Below are positions 59,688 through 64,000 of a DNA stretch of 64,000 nucleotides, piece after piece. Origin of the DNA: Candidatus Aenigmatarchaeota archaeon (GTDB lineage: Archaea > Aenigmatarchaeota > Aenigmatarchaeia > CG10238-14); assembly GCA_044343545.1 (NCBI GenBank), contig JAWBZR010000002.1, positions 19,213-83,212 of the forward strand, written 5' to 3'. A model generated the notes under the pieces. That model did not search any database, had not been told where the DNA came from, and saw only the letters and a program-made list of their open reading frames with translations. The first letter of the stretch is position 1. Every line of letters begins with the position of its first letter. The translations under genes and the position numbers were made by a program.

Positions 59688-60854
59688 ATGAGCTTAAATA
59701 CTGCCAGAAGCTTGGAAAAAGATATTGAGAGAATTAAAAACTTTTCTATATGCGAAGAAAACAAACAGCTTATCTTCAAGTTCTTCAATCTTCTTAATGC
59801 AAACGGCTTCAGAAAAGCTACTTTGAGGAATGTTCTTTGGGCTTTGTCCACGATAGCAAAAATTCTCAACAAACCCTTTACAGAAGCTACAAAAGAGGAT
59901 ATCATAGCTGTTGTTAGTGAAGTAGAGAATAGGTACGGAAGTGAGAAATCTAAAACTGCGATTAAATGCGAGCTAAAGAGGTTTTATAAATGGTTGAAAA
60001 ATTCAAAAACTTATCCGGAAGAAGTAGAATGGATTAAGTTAAATCATAAGTTGAAAAACAAGTTCTTACCAGAAGAGATTTTGACTAAAGAAGAAATAGA
60101 AAGGATGGCTAAAGTAGCAAACAATCTTAGAGATAAAGCCCTAGTTCTCGTACTTTATGAATCGGGTTGCAGAGTAGGAGAGTTGCTTTCCCTAAAAATT
60201 AAAAATATAATTTTTGATGAGTATGGCTGTGTGTTAATAGTCGACGGAAAAACTGGAATGAGAAGAGTGAGAATAATAGAGTATGTTAAGGAGTTAGAAA
60301 ATTGGTTAGATGTACATTCTTTAAGAAACGACCCAGAAGCTTATGTGTGGATATCTTTGGGCAAAAACAAACGAGGATTAATAACTTATGTGCAAGTTGA
60401 ATCTATTTTAAAAAAGTTGGCTGAGAAAGTTGGAATTAAAAAAAGAGTGAATCCTCATGCTTTCAGACACGCAAGAGCTACTCATTTAGCAAAACATTTG
60501 CCAGAAGCTGTGATGAAGGAAATATTCGGTTGGACTAAAGATAGCAAGATGGCTTCTGTTTATTATCATTTATCAGGAAAGGAGATAGACGAAAAGCTCT
60601 TAGAAGTTATGAACAAGGAAGTTAAGAAATGTTTTAAATGTGGTGAAGTCAACCCATCATCTTTTAGTTTTTGTAAAAGGTGTGGCTCTCCTTTGGATAT
60701 TAAAATGATTTTGGAAGCTGAAAAGGTGAGGAAGGATTTTGATGATTTTGTTAAAGATTTTCTTTTGGTGTTGGCAAATAGGGACGAAAGTGTAAAAGAA
60801 GTTTTTAGGCAAATGGTCAAGGAGAGAGGTTTGGAATATTTGTTTGAGGAGTGA
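59688..60854 (+). CDS. Tyrosine recombinase/integrase with C-terminal zinc ribbon
   Basis: ESGCRVGE (R), GKTG (K), HAFRH (HxxR), FGW, VYYH (Y); CFKC...CKRC. Confidence 0.92.
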   Translation: MSLNTARSLEKDIERIKNFSICEENKQLIFKFFNLLNANGFRKATLRNVLWALSTIAKILNKPFTEATKEDIIAVVSEVENRYGSEKSKTAIKCELKRFYKWLKNSKTYPEEVEWIKLNHKLKNKFLPEEILTKEEIERMAKVANNLRDKALVLVLYESGCRVGELLSLKIKNIIFDEYGCVLIVDGKTGMRRVRIIEYVKELENWLDVHSLRNDPEAYVWISLGKNKRGLITYVQVESILKKLAEKVGIKKRVNPHAFRHARATHLAKHLPEAVMKEIFGWTKDSKMASVYYHLSGKEIDEKLLEVMNKEVKKCFKCGEVNPSSFSFCKRCGSPLDIKMILEAEKVRKDFDDFVKDFLLVLANRDESVKEVFRQMVKERGLEYLFEE

Positions 60855-61426
60855 TGTTTATGGTCACCGTTGGTCAAGAAAACACAAACGGTGAAAATAA
60901 AATTAAGGACAGCAGAGAAACAGTTGTAAAGCAGATTGACAGAGACCCTAAAACAGGAAGGTTTGTAAAAGGAAATTTAGCTGCTTTCAAGCATGGGATG
61001 AGAGCGAGAAGATTTAAAATAATTGATTGTGATAGTTGCTATATAAGAGATAGGTGCAGCTTTTATCAGGCAGGAGCGATTTGTGCTTTCAAAAAAATTA
61101 TAATCAAAAAATATAACACAAGAAATGTGGAGCAATTAATAAATTTAATGTGGAATGAGCTTGAGGATATAGATAGAAGACTTGAAGTGGCTAAGTGGTA
61201 TGAAGTAAAGGATGGAGGGATGTTGGATAAAAATATAGACAGGCTTTTACTTGTAAAAATTCATTTAATGAAAGTTTTAGGAGAAATGTACCAATCTCCT
61301 ACAATTGTTCAAAAAATCGAAAAAACCCATCAATCAGCTATTTTGGAAAAATTTGACATAATTTATGAAGCTTATATGAAAAAGAAGGAAGAAGAGATGA
61401 AAAGAAAGAGTTTAGAAAAAAATTAA
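60851..61426 (+). CDS. Phage-like protein, possibly terminase small subunit-like
   Basis: RDPKTGRFVKGN.AAFKHG motif, four Cys, helical C-terminus; overlaps the integrase stop. Confidence 0.4.
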   Translation: MMFMVTVGQENTNGENKIKDSRETVVKQIDRDPKTGRFVKGNLAAFKHGMRARRFKIIDCDSCYIRDRCSFYQAGAICAFKKIIIKKYNTRNVEQLINLMWNELEDIDRRLEVAKWYEVKDGGMLDKNIDRLLLVKIHLMKVLGEMYQSPTIVQKIEKTHQSAILEKFDIIYEAYMKKKEEEMKRKSLEKN

Positions 61427-61557
61427 ACTCGAATTGTAAATTCATATGTTATTTCATTTCATAAAACTCATGCAGTTTCAACAACGATTTTAACCTTCTC
61501 TGCTCAAATCTTTTAGAGCATCTAGTTTAATATTTTTAATTCAAATAATTTCTATTA

Positions 61558-64000
61558 ATGACAATAAAGAGAGAGTCTAAAATCCAGGGAAATTTATTCT
61601 ATTTATTGAATGAGATTATAAAAAGGAGTCCACGCTTTGATGATATAGAATTTAAAGAAGCTGAAATAAATTATCCAGTAAATGTAAGTGGTAGAAACTT
61701 AGAGGCTGATATAGTAATTTTTGATAAGAACAATAGATGTTGGCTTGTTATAGAAACTAAAAGGCTTGTTGAAGGAGGATATAATGAGAAATTTGACCCG
61801 TATAGTCCAACTGTTATACAACAAGCGGCCCAATATGCTATTGGTTTGGGTGCACCATTTTTTGCAACCTGTAATGGTGAAGTCTTAGTTCTTTTTGAAA
61901 CATTCAAAGAGTTTGTACCCCTCCCGCAAAGAAAGCAAAAAAGCTATTATCTTAGAAAATTTATTCCAGAAGAGTTTGCAGAAACATTACTTCAAGACTT
62001 AGTTAACCTTAAAAAAGGTATAACTAAATGGCCTCCGTTAGATGAAACTTTTGTAGCAAGACTAAAGACATTACATCAATTTATATCAGGGCCAATTTTA
62101 GAATCTTTGAAGAGAATTTTAGAAACAGATAGTAAATTTAGGAAGATTTACTCAGAATGGCTTGAGGAGCAAGGATTTTCTTATAATGATGAAACCCACA
62201 ATAAAATTGCTGTAGAAGCTGCTTATTTGCTCATAAACAAGATTCTATTTTACAAAATTCTTGAAACAAAGTATAAGGATTTACCAAAACTATCAAAAAT
62301 TTCTCTTTTAGCTAAGGATACATCAAAATTAAAAGATAAATTAGAAGAGTGTTTTAATAAAGCATTAAAAATTGACTACAAAGCAGTTTTTCAACCAGGA
62401 ATATATGACAAAATACCTTTACCGCAACAAATTGTAGAAACACTCAATGAGTTTTTAGAAGAAGTTTCTACTTATGATTTAGATAAAATCCCAAGCGATA
62501 TTATAGGAAGAATTTATGAAGGACTTATACCAAAGGAAGAAAGACATAAATTAGGGCAATATTATACCCCACCTCCCATATGTGAGTTAATAACTAAAAT
62601 GTGTATAAATTCTCCGGATGCCTTTGTTTTAGACCCAGGATGTGGCAGTGGTGGATTTTTAGTTAAATCGTATTACAGAATCTTGGAGCTAATGGGTAAA
62701 AAAGAAGCCGATGAAGAAACTCATCAAAAAATTCTTAATCAATTATGGGGAATTGATATAAACCAATTTGCGGCTCACCTTTCAGTTATTAATTTGACTA
62801 TGAGAAACATAAATGTCAAAAGTGATGTTGTAAACATTTTACCAATTGATTTTTTCAAAGTATTTCATACACAAAGAACTTTAAAACCTTACAAAGGTCT
62901 TACATTAGAAGAAGCAAAAGGCATACATTCTTTACCTTTAACTTTTGATGCTATAGTGTGTAACCCACCTTATACAAGACAAGAGCAGATTGGAGATAAA
63001 AAATATAAAGAGTATATAAGAAAAGTTGCTTTAACATTTGACGGAAAGCAAATTAAGATGAGTGCTAGAGCAGGAATTTATGCTTTATTTTTCGCACATT
63101 CTACGCATTTTCTTAAAGAAAGAGGTATGATGGGCTACATAGTTTCCAATTCTTGGCTTGATGTAGAATTCGGTAGAGACTTACAAAAATTCTTCTTAGA
63201 TAATTTTAAAATTCATTCAATCATCGAATTCGACAGAAGAGCTTTTGAAGAAGCGGCTATAAACACCATAATCATAATATTACAAAAATTGACAGGAAAT
63301 GAAAACAAGGAGGAAAGAAATAACAATTTTATAAAATTCGTCAGGATTAAGAAACCGCTTAAAACAGAGGAAATTAAGAGTTTGATAGAAAGAGCCAAAG
63401 AATCTTATGAAGATGAGACAGCTCACGTGATTCTTAAAAAACAAGGAGAACTTTATTATGAAGAAAAATGGTCAAAATACTTAAGAGCACCCCCCATATT
63501 TTTTGAAATAATTAGAAATCCTAAGATTTGTAGGCTGGTGGATTTAGCATATGTTGTAAGGGCAATAACAACGAATGCCAATTCATTTTTTATTTTATCG
63601 AAAGAAAAAGTTAAGGAGTGGGGTATTGAAAGTAAATATGTTAGACCCATAATTACAAGTCCCAGAGAAATAAAAAGTTTAGTTTTAAAAGAAGATGAAA
63701 TTCATAATTTTATTTTCTTAGTCAATGTACCAAAAAATAAGTTAAGAGGTACGAATGCTTTAGAATATATTAAGCACGGGGAAAATATTGAAATAAAAAT
63801 TACAAGAGGTTCTGAAGCAGGAAAGACCGTAAAAGGATATAACAACTTACCATCTTTTAGAAATAAAAAAATTTGGTATAGTTTGGGTGAGAGAAAACCA
63901 GCACCCATATATTTTCCCGCAATCATATGGGAAAGAATATTTGCTGTTTGGAATAAATCTAATTCATTTGCTACTCATAATTTCTATGAAATTTTGCCTC
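61558..64000 (+). CDS. Type IIG restriction-modification enzyme (fused endonuclease + N6-adenine MTase), truncated by window end; not in ORF track
   Basis: Open frame from ATG 61558 to the edge: ADIV...IETK nuclease motif, QAAQYA, GQYYTP, LDPGCGSG, NPPY. Confidence 0.9.
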   Translation, partial: MTIKRESKIQGNLFYLLNEIIKRSPRFDDIEFKEAEINYPVNVSGRNLEADIVIFDKNNRCWLVIETKRLVEGGYNEKFDPYSPTVIQQAAQYAIGLGAPFFATCNGEVLVLFETFKEFVPLPQRKQKSYYLRKFIPEEFAETLLQDLVNLKKGITKWPPLDETFVARLKTLHQFISGPILESLKRILETDSKFRKIYSEWLEEQGFSYNDETHNKIAVEAAYLLINKILFYKILETKYKDLPKLSKISLLAKDTSKLKDKLEECFNKALKIDYKAVFQPGIYDKIPLPQQIVETLNEFLEEVSTYDLDKIPSDIIGRIYEGLIPKEERHKLGQYYTPPPICELITKMCINSPDAFVLDPGCGSGGFLVKSYYRILELMGKKEADEETHQKILNQLWGIDINQFAAHLSVINLTMRNINVKSDVVNILPIDFFKVFHTQRTLKPYKGLTLEEAKGIHSLPLTFDAIVCNPPYTRQEQIGDKKYKEYIRKVALTFDGKQIKMSARAGIYALFFAHSTHFLKERGMMGYIVSNSWLDVEFGRDLQKFFLDNFKIHSIIEFDRRAFEEAAINTIIIILQKLTGNENKEERNNNFIKFVRIKKPLKTEEIKSLIERAKESYEDETAHVILKKQGELYYEEKWSKYLRAPPIFFEIIRNPKICRLVDLAYVVRAITTNANSFFILSKEKVKEWGIESKYVRPIITSPREIKSLVLKEDEIHNFIFLVNVPKNKLRGTNALEYIKHGENIEIKITRGSEAGKTVKGYNNLPSFRNKKIWYSLGERKPAPIYFPAIIWERIFAVWNKSNSFATHNFYEILP

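Larger units (their letters stand above)
59688..64000 (+). mobile_element. Left part of a putative integrated element / defence island
   Basis: Abrupt switch from housekeeping genes to integrase + phage-like ORF + R-M gene; boundaries not defined. Confidence 0.55.

Overview
AT-rich, gene-dense archaeal chromosome segment. Gene content and compactness suggest a DPANN-type archaeon; this is inference and needs phylogeny. It holds the rpoH-rpoB''-rpoB'/A'-rpoA''-L30e-nusA-S12-S7-EF2-EF1a-S10 superoperon, ThrRS, ArgRS, DNA ligase, SMC/ScpA, ThyX+GlyA, an AmmeMemoRadiSam triad, a pilin-like cluster, a stand-alone 5S rRNA and six tRNAs. At the right edge an integrase / phage-like ORF / type IIG restriction-modification island begins. 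Main highlights: (1) RNA polymerase subunits B' and A' are fused in one 1427-aa ORF. (2) tRNA-Gln(UUG) is clustered with Trm9-like, NcsA/Ctu1 and Elp3 genes, a candidate complete mcm5s2U34 wobble-modification locus beside its own substrate. (3) Four BHB-type tRNA introns occur in three tRNAs, two at non-canonical D-arm positions (15/16 in Gln; 21/22 in a double-intron Asp). (4) The Elp3 radical-SAM motif has Arg in place of its third Cys. (5) A bacterial-type Tgt, a strongly diverged uS12 and an SMC with roughly half-length arms are present. All calls come from motif recognition by eye; no database searches were run.
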